Assembly: GCA_964016885.1 (NCBI GenBank)
Contig: OZ024743.1
Coordinates: 58,652,001 to 58,716,000 of the forward strand
Length of the DNA: 64,000 nt
Reading direction: 5' to 3'
Origin: Eledone cirrhosa
Taxonomy: Eukaryota
Shown: positions 51,886-64,000 of the stretch, one piece after another
Layout of the letters: each line of letters opens with the position of its first letter
How positions within the stretch are numbered: the stretch's first letter is position 1
Notes under the pieces: generated by a model
Database searches by the model: none
Told to the model about the DNA's origin: nothing
Seen by the model: only the letters and a program-made list of their open reading frames with translations
Made by a program: the position numbers and the translations under genes

Positions 51886-54276
51886 CTAAAATATATATTA
51901 TAAACTCTGTATATTTTCATCAGCATATGTAATATGTATCATTCAATATTTGTAATACAATGGACTAGAACTGTGTAGCTTTGTTTTGAAAATAAATATA
52001 AATGGCTGAGCATTCAACGGTTACGTGTACCCTTAAAGTAATTATCGGGGAGATTTTATGCGACAGCGTATGACGCTTGAAGTACAGGAACATTATTGCG
52101 ACCGGCTTCCATACAGTTTCCATCTATCTAATTTCATTTGCAAGTCATGGGTCAACCTAAGGCTATTGTAAATGACATTTGGTCAAATTTCCATCTAGTG
52201 GGATCGAATGCGAGACCTAATGATTGCGAAGTGAATCCCTTAATAATTCGTTAATTTTACTCTCACTGTAGTGCAATAGGTGTGTGTTCATTGAGGTTTT
52301 ATCTGCCCAAAGATTGCACAAATTTACAGCTGTGAATATGGGCCGTGACATAACGCTGTATCAACACCTAGTAACTATATACAGATTTATAGGTGACTGA
52401 TTCAAAGAAAGCTTAGCGACTTGATTTCTGTGTTTGTATCATTACAAGATTTTTTGTTCCACAGCTAGTAACATACACACTCTAAAAACGTAAAACTCGA
52501 AGAAGCCTACAGTTTGTATGTGTATTACATGAGAAGCTATAGCTACTTTTGAAGAAGTCAGTAAATTCTATAGATCAGTGGACCATTTAGACATATTCAC
52601 ATTCGGTATTAATATTTAGTTGAATCCCACAATTGTTTATTCTTATAGAAGTCCCTACTAACAGAACTGCATGTAACCAATGATCAGTGGACCAATTATT
52701 CTGTTGAGAGTTACAAAAAAAAAAAAGAATAAAAAGAAAATCTGATGGGATGTTGCTCTTGAAATCAGACGACAAAATATTTCAATGAATTAAGATTATA
52801 TTCACGAGGAAAAGAGCAAAAGGGTGAATTCATAAGACAGACGTTCGAAGAAATATATTACCAAAGTAAAAACTCTTCTCATATGGGGGAATTGGTGAAA
52901 GGATGAATATTAGAAGAAATAAGAGCTAATGAATTAGCAACCTTATGAGAAACAAGGAAAGAATTTACGGGAAAACAAATATAAAAACATTTATAGAAAA
53001 AAGATGAAGTAATGAGAGAGTTGTTGACGTTTATCTGCTAAAACAGAACCCCTTGTTATTGTTACACGGAGCTGTTATTGAGCCGACAGGTGTTCCAACT
53101 GTCCCGAACCAAAGCAATGCCTTCTTGTAAAATTGACGTGCAAGTTTCTGCGTATTCTATAGTCAAGTGGTTTTGGGTGACATTCGGGTGCAGTGTGTCT
53201 CAAGTTTAAGAAATATAGGTATAATTTTTAATTGCTAGCTGAATGGATAGGAGCAACGTAACATAAAGTGTTCGGCTCCAGGACACAATGCGCTGTCGGG
53301 AACTGAGCTTACACACTTATTGTCATAAGCTAAGCACCCAAAACGCTAAAGCATATGCATTGACAATTATCAGTTGTAAGGAGGAAACAACAGCAAAAAA
53401 AGAAAGAAACAAAAAAACATGTAAGTTTAACTATTTCTATAGAATGGACTTGAAAAAAGTTTACTATAAACAAACGCTTCATTTTATTGAATATAATTTA
53501 GAAAGACATCTTATGCAATATTACCATATGGGTATTACTTTTTCCCTATTTACTGACAAATATTTTTTATAATCTGACAATTCACAGAAATACTAGATTC
53601 GAAAATATTTTAGAAAGAGAGTCTGTTCAATACCATTATTTCACCTATTTAGTATTTAAAAATGATTTTCACAAAATTCTCAGAAATTCTATTCTGGAAG
53701 AAAGTATTTTACATTTAGAAGGTTATTCAATCGAAAGCGTGCTCAATAGTGGTCAAGTGATCTTCATGTAGCAGGCGGTTCGTTTTGCTTTTACCTAGCG
53801 AGGGTATAAATGAATTTGATAACATAATTTTAAATATATTTTTTTCTTTTATCGTTACACAAATCTTCCAAATGGAGATACAAAATGTAGTGTGATGATC
53901 ATGACCTTCCAGTACGTTAACTGTTTTCTAGCAAGACCCTAAATCCGATATAACTTTCATTTTATAGGATACTTTCTAGTACCAGAATGGGGTTTGATAA
54001 TGTAGCGGGCACATTTTATAAAATGTTTAAAAAGTTAAAATACAGAAAAGAGGATGTCAAAATTCAATCGAATCTGCAATGTGATCCCGCAAGTTACCAA
54101 GGCATTCCCTTAAATCATATGCATAAACATGCACAAAAATAACCTTAATAAAATTTGAACAAAATATTATAAATGGCGTAATTATTTAAAATCGTGTTAT
54201 GTATTTTTATTTGCTATGATTGAATTTTGAAATATAAATGAATAAATGCAGACAAGGTTTACATAAATCTACTTAC

Positions 54277-54480
54277 CGTGGCTGAATAATGCATGATACT
54301 ATAGTAGTCATACGGCGTATTGAATGTTTCTACCTGACTATTCGTCAATTTATTGAAATCCGATATGAAGCTGGGAAGGATATTGTCTATAATTACTTTT
54401 ATATAATGATCCCTATCTGGACGTAGATGCTGATGCAGTAATCCTATAGTATGGCCAAGTTCGTGTACTATTGAATTCAT
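54277..54480 (-). CDS. Astacin (M12A) zinc-binding exon
   Basis: 204 nt, phase 0-0, cag/gtaagt. HELGHTIGLLHQHLRPDRD, PYDYYSIMHY Met-turn. Confidence 0.95.
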
Positions 54481-55339
54481 CTGTGAAATAGAGATCAAAA
54501 CAATAACAAAAAAACCCAGAAATTTAAACACAACTAAACCTTTATTTTTGTATTAAATATAAACATAATTCTCAAATAATTGAGCTATAAACGTCAATCG
54601 AAAAATCCTGAAAACGGTTGAATATATACCATTGTGTTCAAAAGAGTATCTGGTGATCTTTGAACTATACTGTTTACATAACTACATATTAATCTTGTAA
54701 ATAGGTTACTTTGAGGATGCGAGCTACACAAGTGATCCGATTGTTGTTGTCGTGATCCACATTATATCGAGTGTTCTCTTCACAATGCAATGACACATCT
54801 GGCCATTGCAAATAAAAATTCCCAGTCTATGATCGAATAGGCATGTATATTACTTAGTAATCGGACTAATTAATTGTGGAATATTTTGTAACAAGATTTG
54901 ATAGCTTCCTTGCAAGTATTTAATTATTAGCAATAAAATATATACGACTGAAAGTTTGGAAATATCCAAAAAGAATCTTAATTATATTAACATTCTAAGG
55001 TATCTCTGGTAACATAGCGTTGGAAAACGTGCCCAAAGTCTGAAGAATTTCTGTTAAACTTCATATCCGAAAAAAAACAAAAACTATAGAAAGAATTAGT
55101 AAAAATGGAATGTTAACGCTCCAGAATAATAATTGTTTCTACTTTTGGCACAAAGCAAGCAAATACCCAGTACATTACTGGTACTTTATTTTATCGACCA
55201 CGTAAATAATAATGACATACTGTGTTTGTTCATGAAGAAGCTGCTGAACAGCAACAAAATTAGATATCACAATAAATTCTTTTTCAGTTATGAGTAAATG
55301 TAGCTTAATTATACATGGTATTATTATATTACGTTATAA

Positions 55340-55550
55340 GGGCGGTGGATTGGCAAAATAGCTAGAGCGTTGGAAAACTTGCTTTGCGGCATATAGTTAC
55401 GTTTTGATTTCAAATCCTGCCGCAGTTTACTTTGCCTTTCATCATTAAGGTGTCGACAAAATAAACGCGGTAAATACAATGTGGTCGATTAAATCGATTT
55501 TCCCTACCCCTTAAATGTGTTGGCTTTTTGTCTAAATCAGAAACCATTAT
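55340..55550 (+). mobile_element. tRNA-derived SINE
   Basis: A box TGGCAAAATAG, B box GATTTCAAATCC, and body 'tttgcctttcatc..gtcgacaaaataa'. Confidence 0.65.
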
Positions 55551-55974
55551 TATGTTACGGTATATCACAATCTATGTGTTCATTTCTTTCGAAATTTCAT
55601 TAAGACCTTTTAATGGGGTGAAATTGTTGTAATTAAGTAGTTTTAGCAAATCTGTTTGGCTTGAGTGCAAGGTGGTTAGAATGTATTATATAAAACATTC
55701 ATACCAGTAAAATACAAATAAACACAATGTTTATTTGTATTTAATCCCAATTATTCAGGAGTGAAAATATTAAAAAATAATTAAATGATAAATAATAAAA
55801 TAGATAGAAAGTGGCAACATAGACTGTGTGGGTATGTGGGTATATATGTTTTTTTGTGTGAGAAGAGGTAAATAATGAAAAAATAAAGGAAAAGAGGAGA
55901 GAGAGACGAAATTCTACACCCTTGTCAGGGCGTTATATATCAACTACATCCCTCAGACAAGATAGCAAAAATAT

Positions 55975-56180
55975 TGGTTTCTGATTAAATCACAAGGGCA
56001 ACAATATAATCGATAAAATCGACCCCAGTGCATTACTGGTACTTTATATTAACCACCCCATTAAATATGGAAAGCTAAGATAACCTCGACAGGATTTGAA
56101 TGAAGATCGTTAAGGGGCGTAAATCTATGCCATAAAACATGTTGCCTGGCGCTCTACCGATATTGCCAATCCACCGCCTT
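55975..56180 (-). mobile_element. tRNA-derived SINE
   Basis: Reverse complement of the 55340 family (tcgaccccagt..ggtacttt..ggatttgaa..ttgccaatccaccgcc). Confidence 0.65.
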
Positions 56181-57804
56181 CATATAGCCAAAAATATTAC
56201 CTTTGAAAATAGTCAGAAAAAACCAATAGCATTAGTTATTTCGTCTCGCGGGGCTCCTTCCTCGGGCAGAATGTGCACCTCACGATTCTGCGGAGGAATA
56301 TGGCAGTCTGGAGACCCTACCTGTGCAATATATCTCATTACACCTATGTTGCATAGCTATGATGACGAATGTAAAAATTAGTATATTCTACTGACGTTAG
56401 AATGTTGATAACAGACACATATGTCTGAGGAAAATTAGTGATATCTAATTACAAAAATATAGAAGCACTGTACTTACTACATTCATATATTTTGTAGTAT
56501 TTCTCCAAAGGCATTGGATATTTTAACACAAAATATACTAGTTTAGAAAAAGTCTATTAATACTGATAGTTATACTCATATAACACATTGTTTATTTCTC
56601 TTGGATATTATGTTTCTGCCCAGTACAGTCTAATACGAAGGAGAAGTACCAAGAAAGAAAATAGAACTGATATAAAACACATATATATGCATCTATTAGT
56701 GTATCTATATGTAACACGTTTGTTGGATAACATTCGGTTCCAACGCCAAGTCATCTAGTAATTGAAAAAATGGACAGCCTGTTTGTGAAATTAATGTGCG
56801 AGTAATTAAAAACTCCATCGACATGTGCAAAAAACATATTTCTCAGGTAGATTCACGTGACATTGTGTTACAAGGCAACCAATTAGAATCTCACGTAAAA
56901 TTCATTTGCGGGGGAAGAAGCAACACTCCTGTATGTAGTGACAGATTGATAATACAATTCGCTCGACTGAGATGTTCTATAAACAAAACTAATTTTCTGG
57001 ATTCGACCATCCGTCAAATTACTGGCAATAGTTAATTTCTCGAATGTAAATTCTGACACAAGAATAACAGGTAAAGGGCTGCTAATTGTTGGGGGAATAG
57101 TAGGGGTGGCGTCATGAATCACAGCGTGTCTTGATTATTTCAAACATTTCGGAGCGTATCCCATGACAGGTCAGAGTACAGCCGATTTTTTTCCAGGTAG
57201 AGAATGAGCAAAAAACGAAGGACCGACCCAGTCCTTGACTGGTAATATTTTCATCGACGCCAAAATGACGAAAGTCAAAAATGTCCTCGATGAGATATTA
57301 ACTCAGATCGCAAATCCGGAACAAATACCGATACCCATTCGCCGCCATTTAAATAGTTTTCTCTATTGTTATTGTAATAAATTTAACATAGGTGTTACTA
57401 TCATTCCATTTCACGTTAAAATCCATCCATAAGAATACATAAAACTTACATATTTTAAACTTTCAAAACTGTTTTTTTTTGTTTCATGTAATGTGTTTTA
57501 ATTTGAAAAAATAAAGAATAATATGTGTATCTATGTGCATTTCGTTTTGTAAAGTAGTCACATGGGTGGAAAAGCAAATTTAAATTTGATGGATACGTAC
57601 ACAGAGTGCTCTAAGCCGAAACAAACACAGTAAAACATATTGTTTAACGTTTTAACGTTTCCATTACTTTTTCGCTTCATATACAAGTTAGTGAGTCAAA
57701 TAATAGTATTATTGATTAACAATATTTAAATTGATATAGAATATTTGATTTAATAGGTTAAATATTTGCTTATAAATAATTTAATAGTGAAATATTTCGT
57801 TTAC

Positions 57805-57871
57805 CGAATGACAAGCTTGTGCTATATTAAGAGATTGTCTCCCTCTGCTCATTGAAACCGTTGCACCGCAC
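57805..57871 (-). CDS. Astacin catalytic domain exon (substrate-edge strand region)
   Basis: tttcctcag acceptor, gtaaac donor, 67 nt (phase 2-0). [22 protein letters not shown] aligns with the astacin CxSxVG..Q.L.L..GC and splices in frame to 54480. Confidence 0.85.
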
Positions 57872-57910
57872 CTGAGGAAAGGAAGAAAAGAGAAAGAATA
57901 TATTTTATAA

Positions 57911-58065
<155 letters not shown>

Positions 58066-58126
58066 TGTGTGTGTGCGTGTATGTCTATATATTTATAAAA
58101 TATATTCTTTATACATATATATATAT

Positions 58127-58176
<50 letters not shown>

Positions 58177-58220
58177 CACACATACACATATGTATATATA
58201 TATATATACATATACAAATA

Positions 58221-59357
58221 TATATGTGAAGTAAGAAATAGAGCAAGAAACCAGGACTATCCATCATCACTGATCTTCTGGCTATCATCAGTATTTCTTC
58301 GCATTTAAGACCAGATACCTCAAGACAGTGCGAGCAATAACTAAAATAAGTTATTGGGATAAAAAGAATTGGGTGGAGAAAGAAAGACATGTAAACAAAC
58401 AGAAATGGTAAGGCAACGTAAAGAGAGGAAGATGAGAAAACAAGTCAGTAATACATTGTGAATTTAAGTTCTAGGAAATCAATGAGGAGAAGAAAAGACG
58501 CGTTGAAACCCAGCGAATTGTAAGCGAGAAAAGGATTTCACAGAGGTCAGACGGGAGTAAGTGAGAGAGGGGGAGCACCAGAGAGTGAGTGAGTGAAAGT
58601 GTGAGGAAGAGGCCAGCCGAGAGAGGGTTACCAATTCTTTTTATCCCAATAACGTATTTTAGTTATTGCTCGCGCTGTCTTGAGGTCTTTAATGCGAAGA
58701 AATACAGATGGTAGCCAGAAGATCACTTATGACGGATAGACCTGGTTTCTTGCTCTATTTTTTACTTCTTATGTATCACATACGCAACAACACAGCACGC
58801 CATTTTTCATTCATATATATTTTTTCCTTCCGATGTGACCTGTCTGTTTCTATCACCTTACTGTTATCCTCTTTCTCTCTCCCTCTTCTCTCTCCATGTA
58901 TCTCTTAATTTCATTCACTCCCCCTGCTGGTCACCCTCTCTCGACTGGACCCTTCCTCACACTTTCACTCACTCACTCTCTGCTACTCCCCTCTCTCACT
59001 TCTTCCCGTCTGACCTGTGTGAAATATTTTCTCGCTTAGATTTCGCTGTCATCTTCTCGTCATTGATTTGCTAGAACCTAAGTTCACAATGTATTACTGA
59101 CTTGTTTTCTCATCTTCCTCTCTTTAGGTTGCCTTACGATTTCTGTTTGTTTACATCTCTCTCTTTCTCCACCCAATTCTTTTTATCCCAATAACTTATG
59201 TTAGTTATTGCTCGCACTGTCTTGAGGTATCTGGACTTTAATGCGAAGAAATACCGATGATAGCCAGAAGATCACCGATGACGGATAGTCCTGGTTTCTT
59301 GCTCTATTTTTTACTTCACATGTATCACATTCGCAACAACGCATCACGCCATTTTTC

Positions 59358-59365
<8 letters not shown>
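58221..59365. mobile_element. Non-coding cassette with inverted + partial tandem arrangement (pLTR-like)
   Basis: 58221-58632 is the inverse of ~58929-59322. 58632-58816 is a direct repeat of ~59172-59365 (period ~540). Bounded by microsatellites. Confidence 0.78.
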
Positions 59366-59412
<47 letters not shown>

Positions 59413-59679
59413 TATATTTCAGTTATTAGGAGTATTCCAAAGCTTGGTAGAACAAGTTGTGAGGAAAGTTCTCAACATACGTTAAGGTGACTCGACAGGT
59501 TGGTAGGGATTCTGTAGTGGAAACACGAACAAACGAGGAGTGTAATCAAAGAAGAGAAATAGGACGAAAGTAAACAATTACAAAATAATTTAATCCACGT
59601 ATTAATACGTGGATTAAATTCTTTTCTAATTGTTTCCCTTCGTCCTATTTCTCTTCTTTGTTTATATATATATAGAGAG

Positions 59680-59785
<106 letters not shown>

Positions 59786-59909
59786 TGATATTGGAAATAG
59801 CACTGAAAATATATTTAAGGGTCTGTTTTTCTTTGTTTTCCTCTCTTTGATTCGTCAAAGTGGCATTATTGAAAACATTAGAATAATGTATATAAAGTAT
59901 ATAGAATAT

Positions 59910-62262
59910 TACCGGTTTCGATGTATGAACGCGCTCGCTGGAGTATTTTCCATTTGAGCGTGAAAGGGGTGGAGTTCCTCGTGAGGTCCCAGACATAGGA
60001 GGCGGGTGCTGTCTGATTGGATATGTCAGGTCTTCTGAACGAGTGGGTATGGGCATACCACCGAGTCTTAAAATTGTTGGAAGTCATTCCGATATATGGC
60101 TTTTTGTTGTTGTCACCAATGCCAGAGACAACATCACATTTATATACCATGTAGTTCTTCAGGCATTTGTTTTCAGGTTGACAAGCTTCCATAATTTGGC
60201 AGTTGCACAATGCTCCAGTCCAGGGATGGGTTTCGGTAGTAGAAGGCTTATTTAATTTAGCAGTGTTAAGATTGGCTATATTCCTAGATATGTTAGTTGT
60301 TGTGGAGTATAGGAGTCTTATTGTATTCTTATTACATATAGTGTAGTACCTATGTTGTGTGAGGAAGTGATTATTCAGCAATTTGAAAAAAGTCCTAGAT
60401 ATTAGTGTAGAAGCCTCTCGGTTAAAGGGGGTGGGTAGTACGAATTAATCTGTCTATGCCTATTCCTCCTAGGTTGTCTTGTGTTGGTTTCTAGATTAGT
60501 AAACATTTCTTTATAGCCACTGCGGGAAAGGACCTCGTTGTAGTAAGCGGCAGAGTATCTAAAGACATTTTAGGCAGGGTGGTCAGACATCCCGTCTAAC
60601 TGGATATAGTATATTGGCACATAGTTAAACAAGGAAGAAGGAACATACCTCAGTATTATGTTATAGAAACATTTTTAATTAGAGCAATTAATAGAATATA
60701 TATAAATTCATCAGTGCTCCTAGGTTGGAATATATTTTAGTCGTCATATAAAACCGCATGGTGTGATATCGTCCTTTGGATCACTGCGTGGAAAACACGT
60801 CTATTTACCCCGAGGTATCACCGTTCAAGAGTTATTGTTTCAGCTACTGACGTCAGAACGTGACGTCAGAACTAAGGAGCAGTTAATCGACTGCCTTCAC
60901 AGTGGATGCTAGATGACGTGATCTTCTACGTGGCCTCCCACCAGATTTTTAGAAAATTAAATAAAAATCGGTTCATCGAATCATGTATGTAGAACAATCG
61001 ATTACCAACCAGCAAAAATCCCAAACCAAGGAGCAATCAGCCCAACCGAGCATGAAAGGCACAACAAATTTCAAAAATACATATTAAAAAAGCATGCAAG
61101 AACGTGAAAGGAAAAAAACAATTGTAATGAAATGTAAATACAATTTCCTAAAAGTTAAAAAAGTCACTACAGGATTAAAGCACCGCACAATAGCAGTTTA
61201 AAAATATACTGTGCTACACAGTTTTTTGGACCAATGAACCCTCCGACCTGGAACGAGTCGTAGTCTTATATCTTGGTGTTGGGGGGGGGGGGGGCAAAGA
61301 AACGGGTGTGTGTGCAAAAGAGAAAGATGGGGGTGTATGTGGCAAGGTGTGTGAGCATCTGTGTGGGCCCGTTTAAGTATATCAACATTAAGTGGATCCC
61401 TTAATGTCTACAGTGAAATGTTTATCAGAACGAGACAACACACGGTAGGGTCCAGAGTACGATTGTGTGAGAGGTGGTCTCACAGCATCGTTTCTTATGA
61501 ACACATGGGTCCACGAGGCAATATCCCTCGGGACTGCAGATTTTACAGGTTGGTCAGACATCCCGTCTAACTGGTTATAGTATACTGTCACATAGTCAAA
61601 CAAGGAAGAAGGAACATACCTCAGTATTATGTTATAGAAACATTTTTAATTAGAGCAATTAAAAGAATATATTCAAATACATCAGTGCTCCTAGGTTAGA
61701 ATATATTTTAGTCGTCATATAAAACCGCATGGTGTGATATCGTCCTTTGGATCATTGCGTGGAAAACACGTCTATTTACCCCGAGGTTCAAGAGTATTGT
61801 TTCAGCTACTGACGTCAGAACGTGACATCAGAACTAAGGGCAGTTAATCAACTGCCTTCACAGTCGACGCTACATGGAGTGATTTTCTACATCTTCCTTG
61901 GCCGAGAGACCGGAAATTCTGAGTGAAACGCTTTAAACTAAGTTATCTGCGATATATTCAGGGTTGTTCGAACAGACATCTATGTATCTAAGGGATTCGT
62001 TAGGTTTGTGGTACGGGTAATACAGGGAAGTATCTAAATAAGTGACATCTAAAATATTGGCCCTAGTCATATTTGATTGTATAGTTATTCTAAATTCTAG
62101 ATTACTGAAGAACGAGCATATGTTTTTCCGAAACCCATATGGGTTTTACAATATGCCAAAAAAGGCCATCATCTAGGTATAATCCTCCAGTCAGGCCTGT
62201 GAGGAGTTGGTGATGTAAGGTGTACAGGTCGACCAGGTCGCTAACATCGGCCGAGTCATTTG
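59910..62262 (-). mobile_element. Penelope-like element (Nematis-like) interrupted by an LTR element
   Basis: 62262-61892: DSADVSDLV, GLYLDDGL, ILDVT, YHKPNE..SNNP..GLSAKED. Resumes at ~60567 with VFRYSAAYYNEVL..CNC..VYKC..PYIGMT. Confidence 0.85.
60569..61891 (-). mobile_element. Internally deleted Gypsy-type LTR retroelement (two ~340-bp LTRs)
   Basis: Direct repeats 60580-60930 and 61551-61891 start TGTAG on the minus strand (CGTAG in the 3' copy). A polypurine tract GGTGGGAGG precedes the 3' LTR. Integrase C-terminal piece THVFIRNDAVRPPLTQSYSGPYRVL (GPY/F motif). Confidence 0.82.
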
Positions 62263-62295
62263 CTCTCATACTGACGTCATATATATATATATATA

Positions 62296-63197
62296 CAGGG
62301 TGTTCGGGATAAATTTGAGAGAATAATATTTGGTTGTTTTTTCAGATGTTTTAAATTCATTCATGCCCACTAGGCTTTATTTGAAAGTTTAAACCCTCCT
62401 TCATTCATATATGTGATGACAACGAGAATGGATGACTGGGAGCCACCTGAATCATGGAAGAGAATAACTTGTATCATGATGATTCGCGCCGGCCATCAAA
62501 ATAAGGAGATTATGGTCGCTGCTCAATGCTCCCTGAACACTGTAAAAACAATCCGACATGAACTGGAGAATTGCAATGGAGACTACGAGGCTATGGCTAG
62601 AAGAAAGAAACATAACAGAAGATCTGATTGCTCTCGCACAGCAGAATTCCTCGAAAATCTGCAGAAAAAAGTGTTGGAGGACCCTGGCATCAGAATTCGG
62701 TCTTTGTCGCATGAATTGAAGCCCTGGATAACAAGGGTAGCCAATAATAGGCCGTATGTATGGCAGCTGGATTCGGCACCCTGCCACACCCCGGGGAAAA
62801 GTCAAAAATGGTTGTCAGCCAAGTTTTACGACTACACCAGTCCCAATGTTTGGCCTCCGAACTCCCCTGATCTTGACCCGATGGACTATTATGTATGGGG
62901 CGCTGTAGAGAAAGACACCAATCGCCGTGCCAGTACTACAAAAGCCCAGTTAATCGACAGAATTAAAGTAGTTTTTGAGGGCCTTCCCAGGCAAAGTGTA
63001 AAATCAGCTTGCTCTAGGTTCCGGGCCCGGATTGAGGCTGTAATAGACGCTAATGGAGGTTATTTTGAGTAAAACTCTTTGACAATAGTGTAATTTCCTT
63101 CTCCATTGAATTTCTTTTAAACCAAATAAATTTTGTAGATACCAAGCACTTTTTCTTTTTTCCTGATGAAACTGTCAAATTTATCCCGAACACTCTG
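62296..63197 (+). mobile_element. Tc1/mariner superfamily maT (DD37D) element, internally deleted
   Basis: TIRs CAGGGTGTTCGGGATAAATTTGA / TCAAATTTATCCCGAACACTCTG with TA on both sides. There are 37 residues between D(SAPCH) and (PM)D. Confidence 0.92.
62416..63072 (+). CDS. Truncated maT transposase, uninterrupted frame
   Basis: HTH N-terminus joined in frame to KPW..QLDSAPCH..WPPNSPDLDPMDY..GGYFE. The region with the first catalytic D is absent. Confidence 0.7.
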   Translation: MTTRMDDWEPPESWKRITCIMMIRAGHQNKEIMVAAQCSLNTVKTIRHELENCNGDYEAMARRKKHNRRSDCSRTAEFLENLQKKVLEDPGIRIRSLSHELKPWITRVANNRPYVWQLDSAPCHTPGKSQKWLSAKFYDYTSPNVWPPNSPDLDPMDYYVWGAVEKDTNRRASTTKAQLIDRIKVVFEGLPRQSVKSACSRFRARIEAVIDANGGYFE

Positions 63198-63204
63198 TAT
63201 ATAT

Positions 63205-63290
63205 CTTTCACCGCATTTTTGACTAAAGGAATTTTAGCCTGATAATGGGGTTTCAGGCTAAAATTCCTTTAGTAAAAAATACGGTGAAAG
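63205..63290. repeat. Hairpin inverted repeat, ~38-bp arms
   Basis: ctttcaccgcatttttgactaaaggaattttagcctga / tcaggctaaaattcctttagtaaaaaatacggtgaaag. Confidence 0.85.
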
Positions 63291-63362
63291 CTATTCTATT
63301 TTCTAATTTCAAACCTGCTCACTGTTTCAAAACATACTTACTTGATATATATATATATATAG

Positions 63363-63547
63363 TTATACTTGAGGAGAGTCATATTGTTGTAATAATATTG
63401 CCAGAAACAATAACAGAACACACTCACTGGTTCGCTTTCGCTTCTGTATCTTTTATATCTCCATAGCGAAAATCACCCAAACAGTAGCGTGTTCGGTTAT
63501 AATTTCTGGCAATATTATTACAACAATATGACCCTCCGCAAGTATAA
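63363..63547. repeat. MITE-like fold-back, ~65-bp imperfect arms
   Basis: ttatacttg..gtcatattgttgtaataatattgccagaaa.. / ..tttctggcaatattattacaacaatatgac..caagtataa. Confidence 0.75.
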
Positions 63548-63620
63548 CAATATTTGTTTCGACACACTATTTCATATCAAAAACCTTGCAAAACAAATTC
63601 ATCGCCGTCACACACACACG

Positions 63621-63696
<76 letters not shown>

Positions 63697-64000
63697 GATA
63701 TATATGTGTGTGTGGGTGTGCATGTATGTACGGGTTTATGTACGGATGTGTGTACCTGGTCATCAGAGACACGGACTCCCATGATAAACACCAACCAGCG
63801 TGAAACAGACTGACAGCTTCTCTCCCTTCTTTCGCCGAAATGAAGTAAGTGACATAGTCACTATTTTGAAACTGATAGCGTATGGTCTTCTAAATGTTTT
63901 TAATCAAACAAATGGTAAATTGCCAAATATACAATACATACATTCATGTATACATCGCTATTTCAGAGCACCAATCCTAATACCTAATTTTTGCTGGACC

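Noticed and set aside
58233-58298. C/D snoRNA or SECIS interpretation of the TGATGA-containing hairpin
   Set aside because: No terminal CTGA D box, SECIS spacing does not fit, and it sits in a repeated mobile-like cassette.
60680-60720. GAGCA-CTGATGA...TGCTC in the LTR (minus strand)
   Set aside because: No GAAA box, and the second LTR reads CTGATGT.
62102-62148. CTGAAGA..GAAA-CCCATATGGG-TT hammerhead-like string
   Set aside because: No stem I, and it lies antisense within the PLE RT coding sequence, so it is probably chance.

Overview
AT-rich, microsatellite-laden animal genomic DNA. The SINE and (TA)n landscape resembles a cephalopod such as Octopus, which is an inference. 1-21.9 kb is a (TAA/TTA)n-targeted retrotransposon pile-up: six minus-strand copies of an R4/Dong-clade (RT + restriction-like endonuclease) element and one near-full-length plus-strand Tx1/L1-clade element, each bounded by TTA repeats. 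About 26.7-57.9 kb on the minus strand holds the 3' part of a spliced astacin metalloprotease gene: three catalytic-domain exons followed by five phase-1 ShK or ShK-like exons. Its 5' exons were not found and probably lie beyond the window. The 18-kb central intron is a mosaic of (TA)n-bounded cassettes: Penelope-like elements (PLEs) of about three types, CR1 and RTE relics, and a 2.4-kb non-coding fold-back element. It also contains nine recognisable type I hammerhead ribozyme motifs (intact or point-mutated) and perfect palindromes built from hammerhead halves. Several hammerheads are in the sense orientation of the host pre-mRNA. The right end carries a fold-back/tandem cassette, a PLE interrupted by an internally deleted LTR element, and an in-frame-deleted DD37D (maT) transposon. 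All calls come from reading the sequence by eye; no searches were run.
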